This document shows, piece by piece, positions 27,962 to 34,634 of a stretch of DNA of 34,634 nt; within the stretch, counting starts at the first letter, position 1; each line of letters starts with the position of its first letter. Source of the stretch: a virus. Its lineage: Duplodnaviria; Caudoviricetes. The position numbers and the translations under genes were made by a program. The notes beneath the pieces were generated by a model. That model had not been told where the DNA came from. It made no database searches and saw only the letters and a list, made by a program, of their open reading frames with translations. The stretch lies in the IMG/VR virus record IMGVR_UViG_3300025466_000007, positions 1-34,634 of that record; one strand, given 5' to 3'.

Positions 27962-27991
27962 AATCCCCGTAAGGGTCTTTTAGGAGCATTT

Positions 27992-28174
27992 ATGAATGAA
28001 GATTTGAACGATACAACCCGAAAATTTCCACGCACTATGCGTGAGGCATTTCCTCAAGACGATTCCCCAATTGAACATTACGCTAACCCGAATGCTATGA
28101 ACTGGATTTTTGTTGTAGTGTATATTTTTGCTGTTGTTGTTATGTTGTTAGACTTTTTTGTTTGGAGACCTTAA
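27992..28174 (+). CDS. Small membrane protein
   Basis: AGGAG RBS; TRKFPRTMREAF motif and a C-terminal transmembrane segment ending DFFVWRP. Confidence 0.65.
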   Translation: MNEDLNDTTRKFPRTMREAFPQDDSPIEHYANPNAMNWIFVVVYIFAVVVMLLDFFVWRP

Positions 28175-28365
28175 TGAACGGAACAGACATTATCGCAGAA
28201 TTACATGAAGCGGCATTGAACACTTCAGACGACACAATCAAAGTCACTTTAAATTTGATTGATCTATATCAATTCAAAATACACGAGTTGGTAGCAATTA
28301 TTCGACAACATGAGGAGTACATCAAAGAACTCCAGTATGAAATCATCGCAAAGGAATCACAATGA
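28174..28365 (+). CDS. Hypothetical protein
   Basis: TAATG-coupled start; coiled coil. Confidence 0.55.
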   Translation: MNGTDIIAELHEAALNTSDDTIKVTLNLIDLYQFKIHELVAIIRQHEEYIKELQYEIIAKESQ

Positions 28366-28649
28366 AACATAAACACTATCACACAATTATTGATTGGGCT
28401 GAAGGTAAGCGTATCCAGCAGAAAGTTTACAACGAATGGATTGCTTGTGGTAATCCGAATTGGAATGAGAATACTGAATACCGTGTTGACCCTGCACCAA
28501 CGCCTGATTTTGCTGTATCAGCTAGGGTTATGTTTTCACAAATTTTTAAAGGTGTGGAATTTGCCGCTAATGGGGCGCACAACGTTGAATTTTTATTCGA
28601 TGGCGAAACGCATCAACTAAAAGCACTTAGGAGATTAAAAAATGATTAA
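28362..28649 (+). CDS. Conserved phage hypothetical protein
   Basis: KH...I..WAEG..IQ...PNW....EYR pattern; ATGA coupling. Confidence 0.65.
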   Translation: MKHKHYHTIIDWAEGKRIQQKVYNEWIACGNPNWNENTEYRVDPAPTPDFAVSARVMFSQIFKGVEFAANGAHNVEFLFDGETHQLKALRRLKND

Positions 28650-29217
28650 AGATTTATTAGCACTCAACGTCAACGAACATACTGAAAAGAAAAACAAATT
28701 GACGTATTTATCATGGGCTTGGGCTTGGGCTGAAGCACTTAAGGCTGACGAAAAGGCTACATACAAAGTAGAACTGTTCGACAACAGCGAGGGCGTGTTA
28801 CAGCCTTTTATGAATATCAATGGCACTTGTATGGTTTGGGTAACGGTTACGCTGTTTGATAAACCAATGACTTGCCAGTTGCCAGTAATGAACCATATGA
28901 ACAAAGCTATTCAAAACCCTGATGCGTTTGCGGTCAACACAGCCATTATGCGTTGTATGACTAAGGCGCTAAGTTTACACGGGCTGGGTCTATACATTTA
29001 CGCTGGTGAAGATTTGCCTGAAGGTGAGGAATCAGTAACAACCACTAAAGTCGATGAATCAAAGATGCTGGATTACATGGCGGCATTCGATGAAATAACT
29101 GATATGGACGGGCTGAAAAAACTTTATATTGAAGCGTATGCGTCATGCGATGGCGATACAAATTGGCAAAAACAAGTTATAGCTAAAAAAGATCAAATCA
29201 AAGGAAAACTATCATGA
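28642..29217 (+). CDS. Sak/DUF1071 single-strand annealing recombinase
   Basis: LTYLSWAWAW, LPVMN and NTAIMRCMTKA...GLGLYIYAGEDLP motifs. Confidence 0.88.
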   Translation: MIKDLLALNVNEHTEKKNKLTYLSWAWAWAEALKADEKATYKVELFDNSEGVLQPFMNINGTCMVWVTVTLFDKPMTCQLPVMNHMNKAIQNPDAFAVNTAIMRCMTKALSLHGLGLYIYAGEDLPEGEESVTTTKVDESKMLDYMAAFDEITDMDGLKKLYIEAYASCDGDTNWQKQVIAKKDQIKGKLS

Positions 29218-29459
29218 CAATACCAATAGAGGAAATTAACAATCGTATCAACTACGTTATGGACAATTTCAATTACCGTGAAAAATGGGATTATGAAATG
29301 TGTTTAGAAATGAGAGAGATAAAACTACAAAACAAAAATCTAAAGACAAGGCTGAAACGATTAGAGGGTCACAACAGCTTTATGTTCGATTTAATTCGAG
29401 ACATTTGTGAAGTTGATACAGGAGAATCTGATGGAAACACAGAACATGATGATATTTGA
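29214..29459 (+). CDS. Hypothetical protein
   Basis: ATGA-coupled to the recombinase gene. Confidence 0.5.
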   Translation: MTIPIEEINNRINYVMDNFNYREKWDYEMCLEMREIKLQNKNLKTRLKRLEGHNSFMFDLIRDICEVDTGESDGNTEHDDI

Positions 29460-29646
29460 TTATTTGTCTAAAGGAAAATCATTGACAGCAATGGACGCTT
29501 TGAAAATGTTTGGTTGTTTCAGACTTGCGGCAAGAATTGCAGAGCTAAAAACAACTGGCATCGAAATCGTGTCTTCAAGGAAGCAAGTCAAAAACCAGTT
29601 TGGTAAAGACGTAATTGTGGCAGTTTATTCATTAAAGGTGAAATGA
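29431..29646 (+). CDS. Small winged-helix DNA-binding protein
   Basis: SLTAMDAL..FGCFRLAARIAELK...Y.L pattern; AGGAG RBS before ATG 29431. Confidence 0.75.
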   Translation: METQNMMIFDYLSKGKSLTAMDALKMFGCFRLAARIAELKTTGIEIVSSRKQVKNQFGKDVIVAVYSLKVK

Positions 29647-30263
29647 TGGAACAAAGAACAGAAGAATGGTTTGCGGCAAGAATGGGCAAAGTGACAGCTA
29701 GTCGTGTCGCAGACGTGATAGCAAAGACCAAGACAGGGTACTCTACATCCCGTGAAAATTATTTGGCTCAATTGGTGTGTGAGGTTCTTACGGGTAAACC
29801 CGCTGAATCTTTTACCAATGCGGCTATGCAATGGGGAGTAGATCAAGAGCCACTAGCACGTGCGGCTTATGAAAGTCATCAAAACGTTTTGGTTGATGAG
29901 GTTGGATTTTTGGTTCATCCAACTATATGGGAATCAGGCGCAAGTCCTGATGGATTGGTTGGAGATTTTGGGATGGTAGAAATAAAATGCCCAAATACAG
30001 CTACTCACATTGACACGCTTTTGACTCAGACCGTTTCAGGAAAATACAACACACAAATGCAATGGCAGATGGCTTGTGCTGGACGTCATTGGTGCGATTT
30101 TGTGTCATTTGACCCACGTATGCCAACAGACCTACAACTGTTTGTTAAGCGTGTTGAATATGACCCGCCTTATGTAGCTATGTTGGAAAAAGAAGTAATG
30201 TCATTTTTGAATGATTTAGATAGTAAAGTGAAACAATTAAACGAACTAAAGGTAACAAAATGA
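29643..30263 (+). CDS. YqaJ-like / lambda-exonuclease family nuclease
   Basis: QRTEEWFAARMGKVTAS, GASPDGLV, EIKCP and QMQWQM motifs. Confidence 0.93.
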   Translation: MMEQRTEEWFAARMGKVTASRVADVIAKTKTGYSTSRENYLAQLVCEVLTGKPAESFTNAAMQWGVDQEPLARAAYESHQNVLVDEVGFLVHPTIWESGASPDGLVGDFGMVEIKCPNTATHIDTLLTQTVSGKYNTQMQWQMACAGRHWCDFVSFDPRMPTDLQLFVKRVEYDPPYVAMLEKEVMSFLNDLDSKVKQLNELKVTK

Positions 30264-30505
30264 GCAAAACAGTCTATGAAGTAAAAGTTGTATCAGGTAA
30301 ATACACCGACAGAGAAGGAAAAGAAAAGTTGCGTTACACACAAATTGGTAGCGTAATAGACACCAGAAACGGTCTTATGTTAAAACTCAGCGCATTCCCT
30401 GTAACAGACGAACATTGGAATGGCTGGGCTTATTTAAACACACCGTTGCCTAAAGATTCAGCGCCCCCGAAGCGTAATGAACAAGAGGATGACATACCGT
30501 TTTAA
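30260..30505 (+). CDS. Small SSB-like protein
   Basis: Beta-rich body with the acidic SSB-type C-terminus EDDIPF; follows the exonuclease. Confidence 0.6.
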   Translation: MSKTVYEVKVVSGKYTDREGKEKLRYTQIGSVIDTRNGLMLKLSAFPVTDEHWNGWAYLNTPLPKDSAPPKRNEQEDDIPF

Positions 30506-30538
30506 TGTAGGGGGTACGCCCCCTTTCAAGGAGCAAAC

Positions 30539-30763
30539 ATGGATGATGCAGAATTAGTATTAAAAATACTTCAAGATTACTACGGGCACAAATGGTCTGG
30601 TGTTGAAAATTATATTTTAGCTAGACAAAAATACGCACAGGGTAAAAAATCACAAGCACAGATGTATATGCACATTTTGTTATGGGCTGAACATCTTTAC
30701 ACAGCAAAAGAAATTATGGATTCACTCAATCGGGAGGGTTTGTATGTTAGAGACGGGCTTTGA
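30539..30763 (+). CDS. Hypothetical protein
   Basis: AAGGAG RBS. Confidence 0.55.
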   Translation: MDDAELVLKILQDYYGHKWSGVENYILARQKYAQGKKSQAQMYMHILLWAEHLYTAKEIMDSLNREGLYVRDGL

Positions 30764-31109
30764 TAGATTTTGGGCGGCATGGCCAAAAAACCCACGTAAG
30801 GGAGCAAAACAAGAATGTCTCAAAAAATGGAAAAAATACTATTGTGAGACTTGTGCTGACCAAATCATAAAACACGTTGACTGGATGAAAACCACAGATC
30901 AATGGCGTAAGGATAACGGGGCGTTCATTCCCGCACCATTGGTTTACTTGAATGGTCAACGCTGGGACGGGGCAGAGATACCCGAAACAACTGATATTGC
31001 TCAAGACCGTGACCCGTATTTGATTAAATTAGAGGAGGAACGTAAGAAATTTGTTCCAATGCCAGATCATATAAGAGAAAAGATGCAGAAAATCAGAAAC
31101 AAATTATGA
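30744..31109 (+). CDS. Stand-alone C-terminal domain of a phage replication initiator (replisome organiser type)
   Basis: FDRFWAAWPK...K....KKW...FIPAP..YLNG.RW motif; no N-terminal origin-binding domain. Confidence 0.65.
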   Translation: MLETGFDRFWAAWPKNPRKGAKQECLKKWKKYYCETCADQIIKHVDWMKTTDQWRKDNGAFIPAPLVYLNGQRWDGAEIPETTDIAQDRDPYLIKLEEERKKFVPMPDHIREKMQKIRNKL

Positions 31110-31393
31110 GACGTGGACGAATTGATGACAACCAACGAATTATTGTTGACACACTACGCACAGCTGGTGCTACGGTTGTTTTGCTTTCAGACGTTGGTAG
31201 AGGTGTTCCTGACCTTTTGGTTGGATTCAGAGGAGTAACATTGTTAATGGAAGTCAAAGACGGTAAAAAACCACCGTCAGACCGTCAATTAACACCTGAC
31301 CAACAAAGATGGCACGCAGAATGGAGAGGAGGGGCGCTTGCAATCGTAGACAGCGCTGATTCTGCTTTAAGAATGATAGGAGTAATCAAATGA
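31106..31393 (+). CDS. VRR-NUC-like PD-(D/E)xK nuclease (putative resolvase)
   Basis: GVPDLLVG...LMEVKDG...LTPDQ..W motifs. Confidence 0.8.
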   Translation: MRRGRIDDNQRIIVDTLRTAGATVVLLSDVGRGVPDLLVGFRGVTLLMEVKDGKKPPSDRQLTPDQQRWHAEWRGGALAIVDSADSALRMIGVIK

Positions 31394-31635
31394 AATATTT
31401 AATTGCAATTTTAATTTTAGCTGGGTGCGCTGATAACAAACCCCCAATAGTACCCGTAAAAGTAGAGCCACAAGCTCAACAGATGAGCCGCAATGAGGTT
31501 GTACAGGCTTCAATGGAATGTGAGGCGGGTAATTTAAGACCAGTACCAATCATATCGAAACGTATTGTGTCAGGAATGTACAGCGACATTGTGATAGATG
31601 TTCAATGTATGCCTAAACGTTCATCAATGTACTAG
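31390..31635 (+). CDS. Putative lipoprotein
   Basis: MKYLIAILILAGC lipobox plus two further Cys residues. Confidence 0.65.
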   Translation: MKYLIAILILAGCADNKPPIVPVKVEPQAQQMSRNEVVQASMECEAGNLRPVPIISKRIVSGMYSDIVIDVQCMPKRSSMY

Positions 31636-31644
31636 GGGACAAGA

Positions 31645-31869
31645 ATGACTAAAGAAGAAATAATTAGATTAGTTAAAAAAACTGATTTACTAGGAATTAT
31701 TGATAGTCAATATTACGACAATGAACTATGGATTTTTGATGTAATGGAGTTTGCAAAACTAATAGCAGAAAAAGAGCGTGAGAAGTTTTGCGCTGTACTT
31801 CGGCAATTACATGATTCATATTCATTGACAAGCGATTCAAACGCCATCAGAGCAAGGGGACAAGAATGA
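31645..31869 (+). CDS. Hypothetical phage protein
   Basis: FAKLIAEKERE..C...AIRARG motif common in phage early regions. Confidence 0.6.
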   Translation: MTKEEIIRLVKKTDLLGIIDSQYYDNELWIFDVMEFAKLIAEKEREKFCAVLRQLHDSYSLTSDSNAIRARGQE

Positions 31870-32123
31870 AGTTTAGAAAAAAACCCATTGAGATTGAAGC
31901 CACTCAGTGGTTCAAGATGGGCGACCATCCTGCTGTTATTGAGAGTCAAGGCAACAATGGTCTTTATCCATTTATTGACACACTTGAAGGAACGCATCTT
32001 GTGACTACAGGCGATTGGATTATCACTGGCGTAAAGGGTGATCACTACCTATGCAAACCAGACATCTTTGAGGCAACCTACGAACCCGTTGAAATCGTTT
32101 TTGAATATAAAAGCTACCCATGA
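31866..32123 (+). CDS. Conserved phage protein (PGDYG-like)
   Basis: KFRKKP..IEA.QW...TLEG....GDWIITG..G..Y.CKPDIF..TY pattern. Confidence 0.7.
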   Translation: MKFRKKPIEIEATQWFKMGDHPAVIESQGNNGLYPFIDTLEGTHLVTTGDWIITGVKGDHYLCKPDIFEATYEPVEIVFEYKSYP

Positions 32124-32136
32124 AGGAAAAGAACAC

Positions 32137-32487
32137 ATGACAGAACAAGATTTGATGGATGCTCATCACAGAGCTGTTGATTTTATAAGAGACAACGCTA
32201 AAGTTTACGCAAAAGCTAAATCAGAGCGTGTTTATCTTGAAGAATTCAGAAAATCAAAAAAAGCGCTGTTAATGAAAGATGCTATGGAACAAGGCATACA
32301 GGCAGTCAACCAGCAAGAACGGGAGGCGTACAGTCATCCCGAATATATTGAGTTGTTGATGGGGCTGGGGCACGCAATCGAAGTTGAAGAAACCATAAAA
32401 TGGAAAATGGAGGCGGCAAGACTCAGAGTAGAGATTTGGCGCACCGAGGAAGCCACTAATCGGGTCGTAGACAGGGCGCACACATGA
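32137..32487 (+). CDS. Conserved helical phage protein
   Basis: LEEFRKSKKALLM...QEREAYSHPEY...IWRT pattern; ATG 32137 with an AAGGA RBS. Confidence 0.65.
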   Translation: MTEQDLMDAHHRAVDFIRDNAKVYAKAKSERVYLEEFRKSKKALLMKDAMEQGIQAVNQQEREAYSHPEYIELLMGLGHAIEVEETIKWKMEAARLRVEIWRTEEATNRVVDRAHT

Positions 32488-32813
32488 TACCCAAGCGAAC
32501 CTATGTTAGATCAAAAAAATTGCTAGAAAACGCCCGTAGTTTGCCTTGTCAACATTGCGGTAAAGACGATGGAACTGTGGTTGCGGCTCATACCAACTGG
32601 GGCGGGGGCAAAGGACGTGGCATCAAGGCTGACGATAATCTTATTGCCAGTTTATGTTTTTATTGTCATGCCCAAGTAGATCAGGGGCGCAAATCTTCTG
32701 AGGAGCGTAAGCAGATGTGGTTGAATGCCCACAAAAAAACCATAGAATTGATGCAAAAACAAGGGTTATGGGTAGTTGACGTACCCGTACCTGATGTGTC
32801 AGAATTGCGGTGA
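32484..32813 (+). CDS. Zn-binding His-Me finger nuclease-like protein (DUF968/DUF1364, YbcO-like)
   Basis: CQHC...VVAAH.N...KG.GIK..D...LCFYCH..D motifs. Confidence 0.75.
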   Translation: MIPKRTYVRSKKLLENARSLPCQHCGKDDGTVVAAHTNWGGGKGRGIKADDNLIASLCFYCHAQVDQGRKSSEERKQMWLNAHKKTIELMQKQGLWVVDVPVPDVSELR

Positions 32814-32831
32814 GATAATGCAGTTGTCTCT

Positions 32832-32857
32832 TTGGGGTATAACAGCCCCAATTTTTT
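32832..32857 (+). terminator. Terminator-like hairpin at the early/late boundary
   Basis: TTGGGG-tataacag-CCCCAA followed by TTTTTT. Confidence 0.55.
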
Positions 32858-32881
32858 ATTTTCTTTGCAAAGGAAAAAATC

Positions 32882-33223
32882 ATGGGTTATCCCAAAATGG
32901 AAGTTGAGCCTAAAGGCGCTAAAGCTAGTGACCGTACAGGCGAGAAAAAAATCGGCGCGTCTAAAGTAGACCGTGAAATGGGCGGTGTACCGTCTACAAC
33001 AGGGGCTAAAGCACCTAAAGCCGCACTATCTAGCGACACTACTGGTGAGCGTAAAATGCCCATCGCTGGTGGCGTAGGTATGGGTAAAATGGACGGCATC
33101 GGTTCACGTGACGGAAGTCACATGGGTCGTGTTGACGGACGTTGTGGCGAAATGAATGATGGTTCAATGGAGCGTGAAGTGTATTCACACAAACGCATGC
33201 CTCACGTTCAGGACGGTATGTAA
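32882..33223 (+). CDS. Gly/Met/Lys-rich low-complexity protein
   Basis: AAGGA RBS; internal repeat PKGAKASDRTGEKK / PKAALSSDTTGERK. Confidence 0.65.
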   Translation: MGYPKMEVEPKGAKASDRTGEKKIGASKVDREMGGVPSTTGAKAPKAALSSDTTGERKMPIAGGVGMGKMDGIGSRDGSHMGRVDGRCGEMNDGSMEREVYSHKRMPHVQDGM

Positions 33224-33262
33224 AAAGCGAAACGCCCTGGTGGGAGCGCACCAAGGCATTTC
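33222..33262 (-). terminator. Minus-strand terminator
   Basis: 14-bp stem (33229-42/33249-62) whose two imperfect pairs are G-U only on the minus strand, followed by gcUUUUU. Confidence 0.6.
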
Positions 33263-33287
33263 TAACCAAACAAAAGGGAGGTTTTGA

Positions 33288-33524
33288 ATGGCTGAGACAG
33301 ATTCTACAAAGACTTGCAAAGACTGTACATACTTGCAACAGCAACAAAATACGCATTTAGGCGTGTGCAGAAGATACCCGATATATCAAAGTCGGCATAT
33401 AAATGAATGGTGCGGTGAATTTTCCCCACTAATGCTCGAATTACCCGTTATTTCTCTACCAATGTTAGACATTGAGGAAAACGACAAACCAAAACGCAAA
33501 ATGTCTAGGAGGGTTCAACCATGA
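33288..33524 (+). CDS. Small Cys-rich (Zn/Fe-S-binding-like) protein
   Basis: CKDC...CRRYP...WCGEF pattern; GGAGG RBS. Confidence 0.65.
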   Translation: MAETDSTKTCKDCTYLQQQQNTHLGVCRRYPIYQSRHINEWCGEFSPLMLELPVISLPMLDIEENDKPKRKMSRRVQP

Positions 33525-33799
33525 AACCCTTAAGAGACAAATTATTTGTTAGACCAGAAAAACGCATCAAATCAGAGCTGTATGTACAAACAGCTGAAGT
33601 TGATACTGTCGGCATCGTGGTCGCAGTTGGGGATGAAGCCCAAGCAGAAGGGCTAAATGTAGGTGATAAGGTCTATTTTGGCACTTTAGCCAAGGATTAC
33701 AAAGACGAATATCTCAAATACACAGAGTTTAAAGACAAAGGCGAACGCCTGATTGTCATGTCTTGGCAAGACGTTTGTTTTGTTGAGGAGCAAGAATGA
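33521..33799 (+). CDS. groES: GroES/Cpn10-like co-chaperonin
   Basis: MKPLRDKLFV, GIVVAVG, VGDKVYF and ..DV C-terminal motifs. Confidence 0.8.
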   Translation: MKPLRDKLFVRPEKRIKSELYVQTAEVDTVGIVVAVGDEAQAEGLNVGDKVYFGTLAKDYKDEYLKYTEFKDKGERLIVMSWQDVCFVEEQE

Positions 33800-33999
33800 A
33801 AGAAGTCTTTACTGTTAGCTATGACCCTCTCAGTAAAGCTGGTTCAATCAAGTTTACTGACGAATTCAAAACATGGGATTCAAAGTATCATGTCGAAGTG
33901 GCTCAAATGAGCCTTAAATTATTCACCAAAATGAACAAGGAGTTAGACAATGCCATTAAAAAAGTCAAAAAGCCCACAAGCATTCAAGGAAAACATTAA
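33796..33999 (+). CDS. Hypothetical protein
   Basis: ATGA-coupled to the groES-like gene; GAGGAG RBS. Confidence 0.5.
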   Translation: MKEVFTVSYDPLSKAGSIKFTDEFKTWDSKYHVEVAQMSLKLFTKMNKELDNAIKKVKKPTSIQGKH

Positions 34000-34099
34000 A
34001 ACCGAGGTTAAAGCGGGTAAACCCGTAAAACAAGCTGTTGCCATAGCGTACAGCGAGAAACGTGAAGCCGAAAAACGTGACCAAAAGAGGAAAAAATGA
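33950..34099 (+). CDS. 49-aa basic conserved phage peptide (not in ORF track)
   Basis: MPLKKSKSPQAFKENIKTEVKAGKPVKQAVAIAYSEKREAEKRDQKRKK*; AAGGAG RBS; ATGA overlap with the next gene. Confidence 0.7.
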   Translation: MPLKKSKSPQAFKENIKTEVKAGKPVKQAVAIAYSEKREAEKRDQKRKK

Positions 34100-34299
34100 T
34101 TACATTCAAAAGTTTAACTGTTAAAGAAGTCGAAACAATCCTGGCTGGGTTGATGGAATTGCCTAAAAAGCTGTCTGATGAGTTACACGCCAAGCTACAC
34201 GCTGACGCAACTGCTCAATATCAAGCTGTTGTAAAAGCAACAGAACAAACCGCCCCAGCTGAAGCCGCCAATGAAACACCCTCAACAGCGCAAAGTTAA
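34096..34299 (+). CDS. Hypothetical protein
   Basis: GAGG RBS; LTVKEVETILAGLMELP motif. Confidence 0.55.
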   Translation: MITFKSLTVKEVETILAGLMELPKKLSDELHAKLHADATAQYQAVVKATEQTAPAEAANETPSTAQS

Positions 34300-34634
34300 C
34301 GAACTAATCCCCTACATTAACAATAGTAGGACGCACTCTGATGCTCAAGTCGCACAAATAGCGGCAAGCATCAGGGAGTTTGGCTGGACAAACCCGATAC
34401 TGATTGACGGAGAAAACGGCATCATAGCGGGACACGGACGGCTCAAGGCGGCAATGCTATTGAATATGGAGGAAGTGCCCATCATAGAGCTGTCTCACTT
34501 GTCTGAAACGCAAAAAAAGGCATACATCATTGCTGATAACAAGTTGGCGATGAATGCTGGATGGGATATGGAGTTGCTCAAGCTAGAAATCAGCGAATTG
34601 GAGGACAAAGACTTCAATATTGAGTTGCTTGGAT
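34271..34634 (+). CDS. ParB/Srx-like N-terminal domain protein, 5' part (continues through the circular junction)
   Basis: MKHPQQRKVNELIPYINNSRTHSDAQVAQIAASIREFGWTNPILIDGENGIIAGHGRLKAA..., a ParB-like domain with the GHGR motif. Confidence 0.88.
   Translation, partial: MKHPQQRKVNELIPYINNSRTHSDAQVAQIAASIREFGWTNPILIDGENGIIAGHGRLKAAMLLNMEEVPIIELSHLSETQKKAYIIADNKLAMNAGWDMELLKLEISELEDKDFNIELLG
34508..34634. repeat. Terminal 127-bp direct repeat, right copy
   Basis: Identical to 1-127. Confidence 0.95.

Noticed and set aside
30509-30527. Hairpin AGGGGG-tacg-CCCCCT after the SSB-like gene as a terminator
   Set aside because: The T-tract is too short to call with confidence; it may be a stability or pause hairpin.
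34508-34634. 127-bp terminal repeat as a biological direct terminal repeat
   Set aside because: The length matches a common assembler k-mer overlap and it cuts through the middle of the ParB gene. It indicates circularity, not virion ends.
34271-34634. ParB as a plasmid-prophage partition system
   Set aside because: There is no ParA, the downstream P-loop protein has an NMP-kinase-type rather than deviant Walker A motif, and no parS array or HTH is evident.

Overview
The window is an essentially complete (circularly permuted) tailed-phage genome of about 34,507 bp. Bases 1-127 are repeated exactly at 34508-34634, an assembly overlap that splits a ParB-like gene. The structural module is P22-like (podovirus): terminase small and large subunits, portal, scaffold, coat, Ser/Thr/Gly-rich fibre proteins, a beta-helix tailspike, gp4- and gp10-like tail proteins and three DNA-ejection proteins. 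It is followed by a lysis cassette, a Cro-like control switch, and an early recombination region (DUF932, Sak/DUF1071, YqaJ exonuclease, SSB-like). I recognise no integrase, CI repressor, DNA polymerase, primase, helicase, DNA methyltransferase or thymidylate-synthase homologue. The main find is a five-gene, translationally coupled operon just upstream of the terminase: ParB-like protein, P-loop kinase, class II glutamine amidotransferase, amino acid:DNA transferase (aGPT-Pplase2) and TET/JBP dioxygenase. It reads as a fully post-replicative base-hypermodification pathway, plausibly T to 5hmU to phospho-5hmU to 5-aminomethyl-U. Other points of note are apparent genome-wide avoidance of CCGG and GCWGC, a highly structured minus-strand non-coding region (26319-26645), twin operators on divergent promoters, a probable AUU-start lysis-region gene and a candidate antisense RNA. 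All calls come from reading motifs by eye; no database searches were run.
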